Assembly (NCBI GenBank): GCA_038087875.1
Contig: CM075978.1
Location: 45,260,001 to 45,324,000, forward strand
Source: Malacoraja senta
Lineage: Eukaryota
Direction of reading: 5' to 3'
DNA length: 64,000 nt
Below are positions 36,948 to 49,000 of this stretch, piece by piece (position 1 is the stretch's first letter; each line of letters begins with the position of its first letter). The translations under genes were made by a program, and so were the position numbers. The notes below the pieces were generated by a model. It was given only the letters and a program-made list of their open reading frames with translations. It searched no databases and was not told the origin of the DNA.

Positions 36948-37245
36948 GGGTGGACCAGTAGTGCAGTGGTAGAGTTGCTGCCTTACAGCGCCAGAGACCT
37001 GGGTTCGATCCTGATTATGGGTGCTGTCTGTATGGAGTTTGCACTTCCCCCCGTGACCTGCATGGATTTTCTCCAGGTGCTCTGGTTTCCTCCTACACCA
37101 CAAAGACGTACAGGTTTGTAAGCTAATTGGCTTGGTAAAATTGTCCCTAGTGTGCGTAGGATAGTATTAGTGTGCGAAGGTCGCTGGTCAACGCGGACTT
37201 AATGGGCCAAAGGGCATGTTTCCGCGCTGCATCTCTAAACTAAAC
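36948..37245 (+). mobile_element. V-SINE (HE1-like), full length
   Basis: tRNA-like A/B boxes (gtgcagtggtaga; ggttcgatcc), V-domain, CR1-like tail ending ctctaaactaaac. Confidence 0.9.
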
Positions 37246-37439
37246 AAAAGGCATGTTTTTTTTCTTAATTTTAAGAATGGCATCAATCTACCAATATAAT
37301 AGGAAAGCCTTGCTCAACCATGTCATTGCAAACTCCATTAATCATTAATCACCATATTTTGGACCATGCTCCTAGAAACTATTCTCCCCTTCTAAGTAAC
37401 AGTTTAAAATGTTAATCGGGCTTAAAAGCTTGAAGACTT

Positions 37440-38640
37440 CAGTAATAAAACTCTTACAGGATTGGGCAGGCTAGATGCAGGAAAAATTTTCCCGATGTTG
37501 GAGGAGTCCAGAACCAGGGGTCACAGTTTAAGAATAAAGGGGAGGCCATTTAAAACTGAGAAGAGAAAAAACTTTTTTACTCAGAGGATTTTGAATTTGT
37601 GGAATTCTCTGCACAAATCGCAGTAGACAAAACACACTACTCAAAGACTAAACTGAATAAGATTTTTTCAAATGTATCTCCTATTTGCAACAAATGTCTC
37701 TCTCAAGAAGCAACTATAACACACTCCTTTGCCTCTTGCATAGAACTCCATAACTTTTGGAAAGGAATCTTTGAAATGTTCTCAAAATTATTAAAAATAA
37801 AACTGGACCCCCATACAGAACTGATTATTTTCGGAACAGCAGAAGCCTGCTCTGAGCTATCAATATTTCAAAGACGTTTCCTTAATTATGGCCTGATAAT
37901 GGCGAAAAAACATACTTAAATTTTGGAAAAATACATTTCCCCCAACTCTTAAAATGTGGATTACAAACATGTCTGAGATGCTACATCTTGAAGATATGAG
38001 ACTTGTCTTAGCAGGACAATCAGAGCAATTTTCAAAGATATGGATTCCTTTTATTGATTCATTACAAGGATAGTATGGTGCAACACAACTTCGGAATTAA
38101 ACCGACTTACGGACTGGGTGATGGGTGTGGTGAGAAATGAAGCAGGTATATCAACACTTTTGGTTTTTTTTTTCCTTTTTTTCCTTTTTGTCTTTTTATT
38201 TTTTTAAAGTTTTTACTTACTCACTCTTTGATTACACTCATTTGGTAGTTTAGGGGTTCTATTCTTACACATTCACTTTCTCTTTCACTTTCATTCTTTC
38301 TTGCTCTTTCTCTCTTTTTCTATTTCATCTTTGTTAAAATTAAAATGGAAGCTGTACAATAAATGTATTATGTCATATGCTGCAGTTTATACTTTTGTAC
38401 ACTGCTTCTAATAAAAATATAAATAAAAAAATTAAATTAAAAAAAAACACAGTAGAGGCCAATTCACTGGATGAATTTAAAAGAGTGTTAGATAGAGCTC
38501 TAGGGGCTAGCAGAATCAAGGGATATGGGCAGGCACGGGTTACTGATTGTGGATGATCAGCCATGATCACAATGAATGGAGGTGCTGGCTCAAAGGACCA
38601 AATGGCCTCCTTCTGCACCTATTTTCTATGTTTCTATGTA
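37440..38640 (+). mobile_element. CR1 3' fragment interrupted by an L1 fragment (37628-38449)
   Basis: CR1 ...ggaattctctg...cagtaga|[L1: SPICNKC...HSFASC...FW, polyA tail]|cagtagaggccaattc; TSD CAGTAGA. Confidence 0.9.
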
Positions 38641-38714
38641 ACGTGCTCTTGCTTGAGTATATGGCAATTTTTCTATGTATCTAATACTTGATCACAAGAG
38701 TTTGGTAATCTTAC

Positions 38715-39454
38715 CTTCTATGACAGCACAACTAAGCAGGATATCTTTTAGATTCTCAAACTCTTCAGTCTCATCACCGTACAATTCAAGAATCTTCAGC
38801 AAGCCAAGCCAGCGTCTATCAGACAAGAGCTGTCTGAACACTTCTGTTATTGTGCTCACAGCTCTCTCAGAATGAAGGCCCGACAGCAAAAGGGTAATAC
38901 ATGGATTGCCACATAGAGAGTCCACAAGACTGGTGGTTTCTTCTTGGGTTTTCGTGAAAGGCTCAGCCATTGTAGAAAGAAAATGCTCAAGGACTGGAAA
39001 TCCTTTCATTAACTCCTCGCACTCCTTGCAGATCTGTTCCATGTCCAGGGGTGCCTCCGTGCGACCACTTAGACGTTCCTTCCATGACAGACTGTGTTTA
39101 AGTGCCCTGTGCCCTTGGGTAGCTGTTAAACAGACAAGGACTGCTAGTAACTGTGAATGTGACTTGAGAAAATTCAGACCAGAAGGAATGAGACAATATG
39201 TTCCCAAGGAATATTCTGATAATTCACTTTCAGGTATTTCTTCTGCCAAGTCCAATGAGCTCGAGAGGGCGAATCCTAAATCAGGAAGACAATCTTTGAT
39301 GTATTCTTCAATCAGTTTACTTATTTCACTGAGAAAAGATGGACAGTGTCCGTGTTTCCTGGTGTTCCACAATGGAAGACGCTCACAGCAGCAGTTAACA
39401 ATGATCTCTTGTACGTTTAACTTCAGTTCCTCCTTGTGCAGTAACATGAACAAC
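38715..39454 (-). CDS. ZFYVE26: spastizin exon (~21, large)
   Basis: LFMLLHKEELKLNVQEIIVNCCCERLPL...ENLKDILLSCAVIE; 740 nt, AG/GT bounded. Confidence 0.95.
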
Positions 39455-39612
39455 CTAATGAGAGAATTGAGATATCTATAATCAAGCTAGATGAACTCAT
39501 GCCATTGGAATCTAATATATCAATAGTTTGAGAAACATTCATAATGTAAAATGGTTGTCACCTTGACAATACTTTCAAAAGGGTAATGGAATTCAGCATG
39601 CAAGTTCTTTAA

Positions 39613-40168
39613 TGGGCCTGTCCCACTTAGGCAATTTTTTCAGCGACTGCCGGCGACTGTCATAGTCGTAGCAGGTCGCCGAAAAAACGGCGACTGGACC
39701 CCCCAACGACAAAGTCTACGACAATGTCTACAACAACCTAGTCAATGTCCAGCTACCGACAACCGGCGACCCATTAAGACGTCCACCCACGATCACACCT
39801 ACGACAATCTACGTCCACCCGCGACAAGCTATGACCCTGTCGGCAACAACTGAAGCCAACTTCAGACAATTCAGTCGTCGGTACCTGTCGCCGGTTGACG
39901 TGGGTAGTTGCCAATGGAATTCACCGAAGTCAGCACCGGCGACAACCTATGTCATCCTGGCGACAACCTACGACAGCACCTACGTCAGGAGAAGCTCATT
40001 GGCGTCAAGCCAACTGTCACAGAAAAGTTTTGAACATTTCAAAATCCAGCAGCGACCAGAAAAATGCTACGATTCTTTGGGCGACTGAGGAGACTACTCA
40101 TGACCATATAGGCGACACCTCGGCAACAGCCTAGTCGCCTAAAAAATCGCCTAAGTGGGACAGGCCCA
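39613..40168. mobile_element. PIF/Harbinger-type MITE
   Basis: TIR tgggcctgtcccacttaggc(a/g)atttttt; TAA TSD; CGAC-rich interior. Confidence 0.92.
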
Positions 40169-41800
40169 TAAGGATTTCAATAATGTTTTAAGATGTAATG
40201 AAGCTAAACATTTTTTGGACTTACATTATAATTCAAAAAACTATCAACTCTGTGAGAATATACAAATTTTCAGGAGGGGAACAGGGGCTCTTGTGTACCT
40301 GCAAAGTACAAGGCTGTAGTCGGGGGTGGGGGTCAGGAATATGGCCAGGTGTGCAGTAACCTCACTAGTGTGACCTCACACTTCAATAACTGGGAAGAAT
40401 TATGGAACACTCTCCTCAGTTTCGCCTGCTTGCAGAAAATTGGCTCCATCCTGTGTTTGCTTCATAATGATGCGATCCTAATCAATTCTTACTTGTTCTT
40501 ACTTGCAGTAGCACAACAAGGGACAACAAATATTCCAGTATGCTGGAATTGGTTAGAAAATGTAGTAAATGAAAAACACTTACATGGCACTGATGACCAT
40601 AATTATATATCTTAATTAGATTCATTGAAAGTACTGCACTGTGCGAACTCGAATTACTTCCTTCCAGAAATCCTGCTGGCAACTCTCCAGTGCCATGCTA
40701 ACTATTTCCATAATCTGGACTATGATAGCAGTGAGGATTAGTGTGAACAAAAACAACTTACTTTTGTCCCAACACATCTTTGAATCTTACCCCTTAGGAT
40801 TCCCCTTCCCCCTTACCGTCAACAAACTATACACAAGAAGGAAGGTAATGATTAAGTGCTCATCCTACACCAAGAACCAAGGGCACAGACACCCAAGCCC
40901 AAATTGACAAAGCTGTAGCATCCAGATGATGTATATGTTTATGCAGGCTTACAGACCAAGCTCCAAATCATGCTGCCAGTCCCGTGCCATGGTGTCCACT
41001 GTCATAGTGTGATCAGGAAGATATTTGTGGCACAAAACAAGAAGCAAATATTCATGGCTTACAGATGGATTTTCTGACAGAATGGTTAAAGGAGCTTCAA
41101 TAGGGATATAAGAAAATCCCAGAAAACATTACTAACTGTATTTAGATGTATTTGCTTCTCTTTAATATACTTTATCACCATATTCTGCCACTAAAAACAT
41201 TGAGCAAGAAAAGGAAATGTTTCAGGAGTATACATGACATTGAAATAAAATCTCCCACTTCGTAAAAGCTGGATACACCTATAGCACAGCATTAAAGAGC
41301 TTCACAAAAACAAATCAATTCAGTCAAAAGATTATTTCCAGAATATGGATCAAGTACATTTCAGGTTTACTCAACTATCCACAAAGAATTCAAAAAAATG
41401 TTTAAATAATTTTACAGCTTTATCCTCCATTTGTAAAACCTGAAGTTCATATTATAAATTTAGCACAACAAAATTTGTCTTTTGTTCTGAATTTATGCTT
41501 TCTGACATCACTGCTACATTTCCATTTCGTTGATTAATTTTATGTGAAGAAACGCTGCCTGACCTGCTAAATTACTCCAGCACTTTCGAAAGGTAAAATT
41601 AATCAACTTTACATACTCTGCTTGATTGAAACAATTGTGAAATTAAATCTTTCAAAGTCAGATGAATAACTCAGACTGCGTTAAGAACATTCACGTCAAG
41701 GAGTTTGAGGAACAAAATGTGCATCGCAAATACCACAAGTAATTATTTGCAGATTATCTGTTAATCAAAATCAGTTTGTACACTGGGTGCAAATCAAACG

Positions 41801-42020
41801 AGGGCGGCACGGTGACACAGCGGTAGAGTTGCTGCCTTACAACGCCATAGACCAGGGTTTGATCCTGACTACGGGTGCTTGTCTGTCATGGAGTTAGTAC
41901 GTTCTCCCCATGACCTGTGTGGGTTTTCTGTGTGTGTGTGTGTATGTAGGATAGTGCACGGGGATCGCTAGTCGGCGCAGTGGGCCTAAGGGCCTGTTTC
42001 CGCACTCTAAACTAAAACAA
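41801..42020 (+). mobile_element. V-SINE (HE1-like) with internal deletion and (TG)n
   Basis: ggcggcacggtgacacagcggtagagttgctgcc...ctctaaactaaa. Confidence 0.85.
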
Positions 42021-42084
42021 ACTAAGTGACTAAAACAATTAACATCATGATGGAAATCAGAAAAATCATTACAGCTTTACATAC

Positions 42085-42190
42085 CGGTCAGGTGAAGTTG
42101 GCTTCTCAAAAAGCAAATGTGCAAAAAGTTGAGATGGAGTCTGCTGCAGAACTATGAAAGGATTTCCTACTTTTATATCTGCAAGTTGAT
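42085..42190 (-). CDS. ZFYVE26: spastizin exon (~20)
   Basis: QLADIKVGNPFIVLQQTPSQLFAHLLFEKPTSPD|gtatgt. Confidence 0.93.
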
Positions 42191-42421
42191 CTGAGATTTA
42201 AAAACAAAATCACAATTAAACTACACAATAGCTCAAATTACCCAAGATTAACACAATTTTTACTATACTTCTATTATTTTTCTCTTTCCTCTCCTCCAAC
42301 TGTTTGTCAGCTTTATACATATGACATGATTTTATATAAAGGTCTCACTTTAAAAAATAGAACTAAATCAATGCAATTTTAAATACTTAAAAGATAGGAT
42401 TAATATATTCATAGGCCTTAC

Positions 42422-42646
42422 CAGTATCTCGGTTCATACTTCGAACAAGCACTGCTGAAAGGGTGTTGATATAGTCAAACATGCTTCGCACGTAGTCTGG
42501 TCTAATTTGATTCTCCGTCGAAGCTTGAATCTGTCGATCCAAATTCTTCAGCAACTGCTTCATTTGGGAACGAATCGTGTGTCCTTCTGAATCCTGAGAT
42601 CGAGAACTTGTTTGTTCAAGGCAATTGAGTATGTTCGTTTTTGTCT
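42422..42646 (-). CDS. ZFYVE26: spastizin exon (~19)
   Basis: ...QMKQLLKNLDRQ...RPDYVRSMFDYINTLSAVLVRSM; 225 nt. Confidence 0.92.
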
Positions 42647-43340
42647 CTAAGACAGACAAAAAAGTTTTTTTTTTAATTCATAAAATATAAAGCACAGCAT
42701 GTTTGCTTCAGCATTGTCCACAGAATATGTCAAGAACCTTACAACAGATATCCAATTCCGACAAGGACATTATTGTTTTCCTAAAAAGAGACAAAAAAGT
42801 GCTGCAAAGTAATGGGCATACTGCACTACAACTGGAAATGAATTTAGAGTGTAGGCCAGCACTAGAACAAACAGTTGTTGAAGTGCGAATATCTCCAATC
42901 AATATATTCAAAAGGTAGACCTCAGGAAAATAATTTATACTAATCCGAATTCTAAAATAATATTCCTTAAGTTTTGTTAATTCCTTAACTTTGAAATGTG
43001 TATGTGCTGAGGCAAGGAAGGTCTAGCTACACAAATCTGGAGATGAGGGATAATGGAAGCTGTAAGATGCTGTATTTATCTATATGATGAAAATAATAGA
43101 TAATTGTCAGAGAGCCGTAAAGACCTACAGCATAGGAACAGGCCCTTTGGCCCGTCATGGCTGTGTTAACCACTATTTGGATCCAAAATAAATATTCAGT
43201 ACTATTGACATATAGTGAGTAGAACAATACAGTCCGTTCCACAAATCTTGCTGGTATACACACCATGAATAACTGCAAGAGCGTTCTGAATTTCAGAAAT
43301 CACATATTGGAGTGAGACAGACTCCATTTCTATTACTAAC

Positions 43341-43505
43341 CTGTGGACGTTATGGCTGTTTGAAGTTTCTGTATCACCTGCTCCAAGCACTCTGAAAGGT
43401 TAAGTTGTGAAGTGACGCAGTCTTCAGAAAGTTCAGTGTAACAAGCTAATAGAAGCTCTGTCAAGCTGCAACTGAGGTGTCTGGTAACTCTGTCATCAGC
43501 GGACT
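43341..43505 (-). CDS. ZFYVE26: spastizin exon (~18)
   Basis: ...LSCSLTELLLACYTELSEDCVTSQLNLSECLEQVIQKL; 165 nt. Confidence 0.9.
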
Positions 43506-43559
43506 CTGGCAACACATGAGAACGATGAACTACTACCAAACATTCTTCACATACAACGT

Positions 43560-43845
43560 GCATTTTGTGGTGTTGCTGCCTCACAGCTTCAGTGACCAGT
43601 GTTCAGTCCTGATTTGTGGTGCTGTCACCCACCCTGTAACTGGGTGGGTGTTGTTTTCCTTGCACATCACAAAGATGTGCAGTTGGCAGGTTAAATGCCC
43701 ATTGTTCGCCGGCCACTAATGTGTAGGCGAGTGGCACAATCTTGGGGGAGTTGATGCAAGAATAGGTTGCAAGGTAAATCAGCGGGTGAATTGGATTGCT
43801 CTATGAGCCAGCATTAACTCGATGGGCCAAAATGGCCTTCTGTAA
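43560..43845 (+). mobile_element. older V-SINE-like element
   Basis: ttgctgcctcacagcttcagtgacc...cacatcacaaagatgtgc...gatgggccaaaatggcc. Confidence 0.65.
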
Positions 43846-44424
43846 TGTCAAATAGAAATTCCTTAGCTGAAAATGTTCCGAGAAAACCATTAAAAAGTTG
43901 GAAATTTGTTATTAAAAATAATATTGAAAGCCAGTGTACCTGTTCAATTTTCCCAATCTAAAGACAAGTTTGTTTCTCTTCTAATATTACTAGTAGCTTT
44001 AAGCACCTACAATTCCACTAATTTATCCACATCTGTGTTTTTTTTTGTATTTTCCACAAGACTGTAGCTGTCACACTAGGCACCACCAGAATACACCTTA
44101 CAGATGAGGCAAACATAAATTAATCTAAAATACATAGTGTATTTTAGGTAATTTGTAAATACAAGCAATCAATTTTATACTCCTCATGGATAAAACATTC
44201 TTAGCATATATTGGGCTAAGGGGCATCGCACATTTTATATTTAAGGGCATTCTTACCAATAGAGGATATAAAACTTTGAGTTGGACTCAATGTTAAAATT
44301 TAACTGGAGTAATTTGAACAGCTTCTTCAAAATAGATAATATTAGAGACAAAGATAAAGGAAGAAAATGACAGCATATTTCCATAAACTTAAGGTAAAGT
44401 TAAGAGAAAGGAAGGTAACTTTAC

Positions 44425-44544
44425 TGATTTTTGTTGGTCCATGTGAGCTATGAGAAAAGTTCAGGATTTTGCTCATTTGTTGAAGGACTGAAGGAAAACC
44501 TTGGATTCCATCGGGATGACAACCATCAGAATCAAGTTTTCTAC
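44425..44544 (-). CDS. ZFYVE26: spastizin exon (~17)
   Basis: RKLDSDGCHPDGIQGFPSVLQQMSKILNF...; 120 nt. Confidence 0.9.
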
Positions 44545-45012
44545 CTGTGGTGCACACAATGTAAGTATAATCGATCAGTTTAGAAGCTTGATGACTGAAT
44601 ATAGAAACAGTGATATATGAAAACACAATAAATAACTGAATAGCAAAGTGCGGTGTGGTCTGAACTGAGTTCACTTTATGTATGTGGTTGAATTAATGTG
44701 TCTCGAGGGACTGGAGATCAGTCAAGTAAATTGCAGATTCCTTCTGAATAGAAGCTTTGGCTATTTTGTACTCTAACACTTTGAATTTGACGCATCTTCA
44801 TGCATGGAAGGTTCAATATTAATAGGTAAGATTTTACATGTTTGGAAAAAAAACATTTTTTTTCAATTGCAGCCTTCCATCGGCACCATCACAACACCAA
44901 GTTTATTCTTAAATTAATCAAAACAACATTAAGACTGGTTCAAATTTCCAGCAATATTTAACACCTTGGTTTGTTCACATTCTGTTCAATTAACAAAAAA
45001 CATTTATCTTGC

Positions 45013-45276
45013 CTTTTGCCTCAAAGGTTGCCATTAGTTTCCTTTCTGCAGTCTCCAGCAGCTGTTTACAGGTTTTCCATAATTGGCACTGGGTACAAGC
45101 AAGATCAAAGACAGCCATTGCAGGAGCACTGAGGTCCTCCAGGACATCATGGAGAGGGTTGGTTGGCTCAATCTGTACCTTACTCTTCCAGAAGTCCTCC
45201 AGTAATGCTGAGCTGGCAACCTCAGACGAATTAATCAACTTCTCAACAACATCAGAAATTGAATAAAACACCATTC
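45013..45276 (-). CDS. ZFYVE26: spastizin exon (~16), GC donor
   Basis: MVFYSISDVVEKL...FDLACTQCQLWKTCKQLLETAERKL...; donor AAG|GCAAGA. Confidence 0.92.
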
Positions 45277-45349
45277 CTATAAATGAAAGATATTATCGTG
45301 ATAATTGGCATCGACCAAATACCAGTAATCTAATAGTGTAACATATGTG

Positions 45350-45610
45350 CAGAAAGGAACTGCAGATGCTGGTTTATACCGAAGATAGACACAAAATGCT
45401 GGAGTAACTCAGCGAGACAGGCAACATCTCTGGAGAGAAGGAATAGATGATGTTTTGGGTCTAGTCCCTTCTTCAGACTGAGAGTCAGGGTAGAGGGAGA
45501 CAGAGATATGGGTAAGGTGTGAAAACGAGAGATCAAAGGGGACGAAGTTCAAGGAAAATGTAGAATGTATCATTGTTAGCTATGGGGAAGGTGATAACAG
45601 CATCTCACCC
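45350..45610 (-). mobile_element. Penelope-derived terminal fragment
   Basis: gcagaaaggaactgcagatgctgg...gacacaaaatgctggagtaactcagcg...cccttcttcagactg. Confidence 0.8.
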
Positions 45611-45649
45611 AACAAGTAAAGAGAAATTTTGAAGATACTGTGATGGCAG

Positions 45650-46383
45650 CCTTACCAACAGTCTGTCTGTTTTTTTCGTCTTATTTGTTATTTTTAGTGT
45701 GTTTTAAAAGTATGTGTTAATGTTCTCTGGTTTGTTTTATGTGGGGGGAAGGGGGAGGGGGTCGGAGGAAACTTTTTTCAATCTCTTACCTTGGCTGAGA
45801 TGCGATTGTTTTCCGGATCGTATTTCATGTCGCTCTACGGCCTAACATCATGGAGCTGGCGGCCTTGCTCGAGACTGACTTTGAGAACCACCGTGGGACC
45901 ATCGACTTACCATTGGAGCCTGTGATCCCTTGCCTGGGATCGATGCTCCAACCGCGGCCTGCGGATTCCACCATCGAGGAGCTCGCAGTCTCGGGTAGAC
46001 TGATGTAGGGAAGCTCCATAGTTGCAGAAGGTTCGACCAGCCCGACCCGGGATCCGATCACCCGGCGCGGGGAGCTAAGATCCCTCCGATACGGGAGTTT
46101 GATTGCCCCGACGCGGAGGGCCTGACCGCCGGCTGCGGGTGCCAAGATTGCCCCAACAACGGAAGGTTCGAGTGCCCCGACAACGGAAGAGCAAAGAAGG
46201 GAAGAAGATTGAACATACTTTGCCTTCCATGACAGTGAGGAATGCGGGAGAGTCGCTGTGATGGATGGTCATGTTAAAAATGTATTTGGGTGTCATGTTG
46301 CTCTTTATTGGTATGACTGTATGACTATTCAAATTACTCTTATGTTGCAAAACATACTTGGCTAAAGTACTATTATGATTATG
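45650..46383 (+). mobile_element. unclassified GC-rich non-autonomous retroposon
   Basis: CpG-rich body in an AT-rich intron; LINE-like tail ending (tatgat)n; tail related to 59070-59245. Confidence 0.55.
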
Positions 46384-46523
46384 AAAACTAAAAATACTGA
46401 CATTATTCCCAAATAACCAAAGTAACTTTCAGCTTTCGTTGATTAGATGCTTTCAAAATTCAGGCATTAACAATCCAGGTGTCCAAAATCATCCGCTGAA
46501 CTACAAAGGAATCTGATAGCTAC

Positions 46524-46716
46524 CTGCTGCTGCAGCATCACCGATTGCTTGAAGTGTGAACCGACCAACACTTAGTTTGCGATTAACACTGTCCATGCCT
46601 TGGTTCTCCATTTTCTGCTCTACTCTAGCAAGTTCACTGATCACTTGCTGGTATCGTTCCATGAAGATCAGTTCACCATAGCAGTAGGAAGATTGCATTT
46701 CAAACATCAAAGCAAC
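46524..46716 (-). CDS. ZFYVE26: spastizin exon (~15)
   Basis: VALMFEMQSSYCYGELIFMERYQQVISELARVEQK...TLQAIGDAAAA. Confidence 0.94.
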
Positions 46717-48616
46717 CTGCAAAGAATACATAATGGTTTTGTCAAGACACTCTCGCAAATGGGGAGTGTATATTTGTCATATGCACCAATTAAATTATTA
46801 CTTGCTACAGCTTTAAAGTACATTAGATGCAATGTTAAGACCATTAACTTGCTGGGATTTCAGAATCGTTATACTGGGAAAGCAGTTCACAGATCCTATG
46901 TCAGGTGAGACTTAGCACTTAGCACAGACCCATTCATTTCAATAGCGATTTTGTGAGGTACAAGAATGGAAGTTATATAGTTTTTAAATTCTACATTTGC
47001 AATAATTTTTGTGGAATCAATGTAGCTTGGCTGGAAACAAAGAACTACAGATGCTGGTTTATAAAAAAAGGCAATGTGCTAGATTAACTCAGCAGGTCAA
47101 GCAGCATCTCTGGATACATGTACTCCAACGTAGCTTGGCTATGTGTGAAAGATTTTCAGTAGTTTTGTGGCTGGTGCTTGTTCTGGACACACCCTTTCCT
47201 CTCCCAAACACCCGCCATGTGTTCTTGTTATTTTTGTGCAATTCTCTGGTATTGCTGAAGCCCTCACCAATGGATCCAGTAAGAAAGCTCAGCTTTACAT
47301 ATCTGAAACAGGTAAGTACTGCGCCAGTGGTGAGAACAGTTGGCTGGATGCACAAAGCAAAATCCAAGCAAAAACAGCAAGTTCGATGCTGCAAACTCAG
47401 TAAGAATGTAAATACAACAGCAAGAATGAATCCTATTTTGATGTGCAACTTATTACATTCCACTTTTAGTCATAAAATATAAAAAGTTATTAAAACACTA
47501 TTTTATGAAAATCTAAAAATGTTGTAACTATACGGCCCTTGAAGTGAGGGAAGACTGGGCGGATAGGAATGGGGGAGTAGATTAAAGATGAAGGGCGGAG
47601 GGGAAATAGAGAAAAGAAAGGGCAAGGACAATTGCTTTTGGTTTTCTAGGTCAGCTCAGGGGCAGTTAATTGTTACCGACATTGGTATGAAATGAGTTGC
47701 ACGTAGACCAAACCAAATTAGGATGGCAGCTTTTTTTTTCCATAATGAGAAAATTGCGGTTCTTTGTACACTGAATTTATTATTTACAAAAGAGACGTAT
47801 TCCTTTGTCCACACAACAGCAAATGGAGAGACTTATTGTTCATTTTGATTCATGGAAAGTCTAAATCACCTGCTGAAACTGGACAAGTAAAAGAATACTG
47901 GCAGAGTACCCAGTTAGAACAGGTGGTTATGTCATCACAATCTTATCTTCAAAGCAGTCAAGCCAGAAATGTACTGAACTTATCACAGTGTTATTAGTTC
48001 AACTAGAAAATTAACATTTTAGTTACCAAACTGAATATAGGTGGTCAACAAATATTGATTTTGTTTTGCTAGAAAAATCAAAATATCCACCCTAACAATT
48101 AAACTATCCCTCAATACCTTGTTAGTAAGTCACTTATTTACCATTTCCTCAATTAAAAATGATTTTAACGGCCATTATGTGTAGAAACTTGGAAGAAACT
48201 TCATTAAGAATATTGTGTTCAGTTCTAGGCAAAGCATCTCAGGATCAACGTGTTGAAGCCAAGATTCGCTGTAACGATATCAGCACTAAATAGAAAATTA
48301 TTAGGGCAGGTTGCTTGAGCAGATTCTCGGTCTCCCGAATATGGAAAGGATTGAAAAATTCTCTTTTAAGGGTTTAAGAAAATTAAGGGTATTGACAGAG
48401 TTGGTAAGGAGAAACAATTAGGATAGCAAGAATTAGCAGCATAACCTTAAATGTTATGCTTAATCATGCAAGAGTGATGTCAGAAATGCAAAGAAGGATG
48501 TTTGAAGTCTCAAAATCCTGCTGAACAACTGAGAACAATAAAGTGCAGAATTGAAGGTAGACACAAAATGCTGGAGTAATTCAGCGGGACAGGCAGCATC
48601 TCTGGAGAGAAGGAAT

Positions 48617-48652
48617 GGGTGACGTTTCGGGTCGAGACCCTTCTTCAGACCG
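48617..48652 (-). ncRNA. putative minimal type I hammerhead ribozyme (Penelope-associated)
   Basis: GGU-CUGAAGA-A-GGGU(CUCG)ACCC-GAAA-CG-UC^ACC: core boxes, stem II, 3-bp stem I, palindromic ACGU stem III. Confidence 0.7.
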
Positions 48653-48702
48653 ATGTCAGGCGAGTAGGTGGGACAGAGATAGAATGTACTCGGAGATAGT
48701 AA

Positions 48703-49000
48703 TGGCCCTGTCCCACTGTACGAGCTCATTCAAGAGCTCTCCCGAGTTTTAAAAAAATCGAACACGTGGAAGCACGTAGAATGTACGTAGCAGGTACGTC
48801 GGAGCTCGGGACATCTCTTAGCGGCTCGTAACGCTAATGGCAGGTACTCGGGAAACGCGGTAAGCTCGGGAAGACTTTTCAACGTTGAAAAATATCCACC
48901 TACGAGTACCTACGAGCGGCCATTACCGTAAATCTCCGAGTTCGAATCAGGGCAAACTCGGGAGAACTCTTGAATTAACTCGTACAGTGGGACAGGGCCA
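48703..49000. mobile_element. PIF/Harbinger-type MITE
   Basis: ~47-bp TIR tggccctgtcccactgtacgag...; TAA TSD. Confidence 0.92.

Noticed and set aside
36955-37015. tRNA gene-like A/B boxes
   Set aside because: They are the tRNA-derived head of a V-SINE, continuing directly into the V-domain and LINE tail.
38906-39481. 191-aa plus-strand ORF
   Set aside because: Antisense shadow of the large ZFYVE26 exon.
39613-40168. CpG-rich patches as CpG-island promoters (also 16.4, 33.4, 48.7, 53.7 and 59.9 kb)
   Set aside because: Each coincides with a TIR-bounded element; the gene promoter lies outside the window.
47009-47482. Overlapping 124-157 aa ORFs in an intron
   Set aside because: No recognisable protein, partly repeat-derived, and the flanking exons already splice in phase without it.
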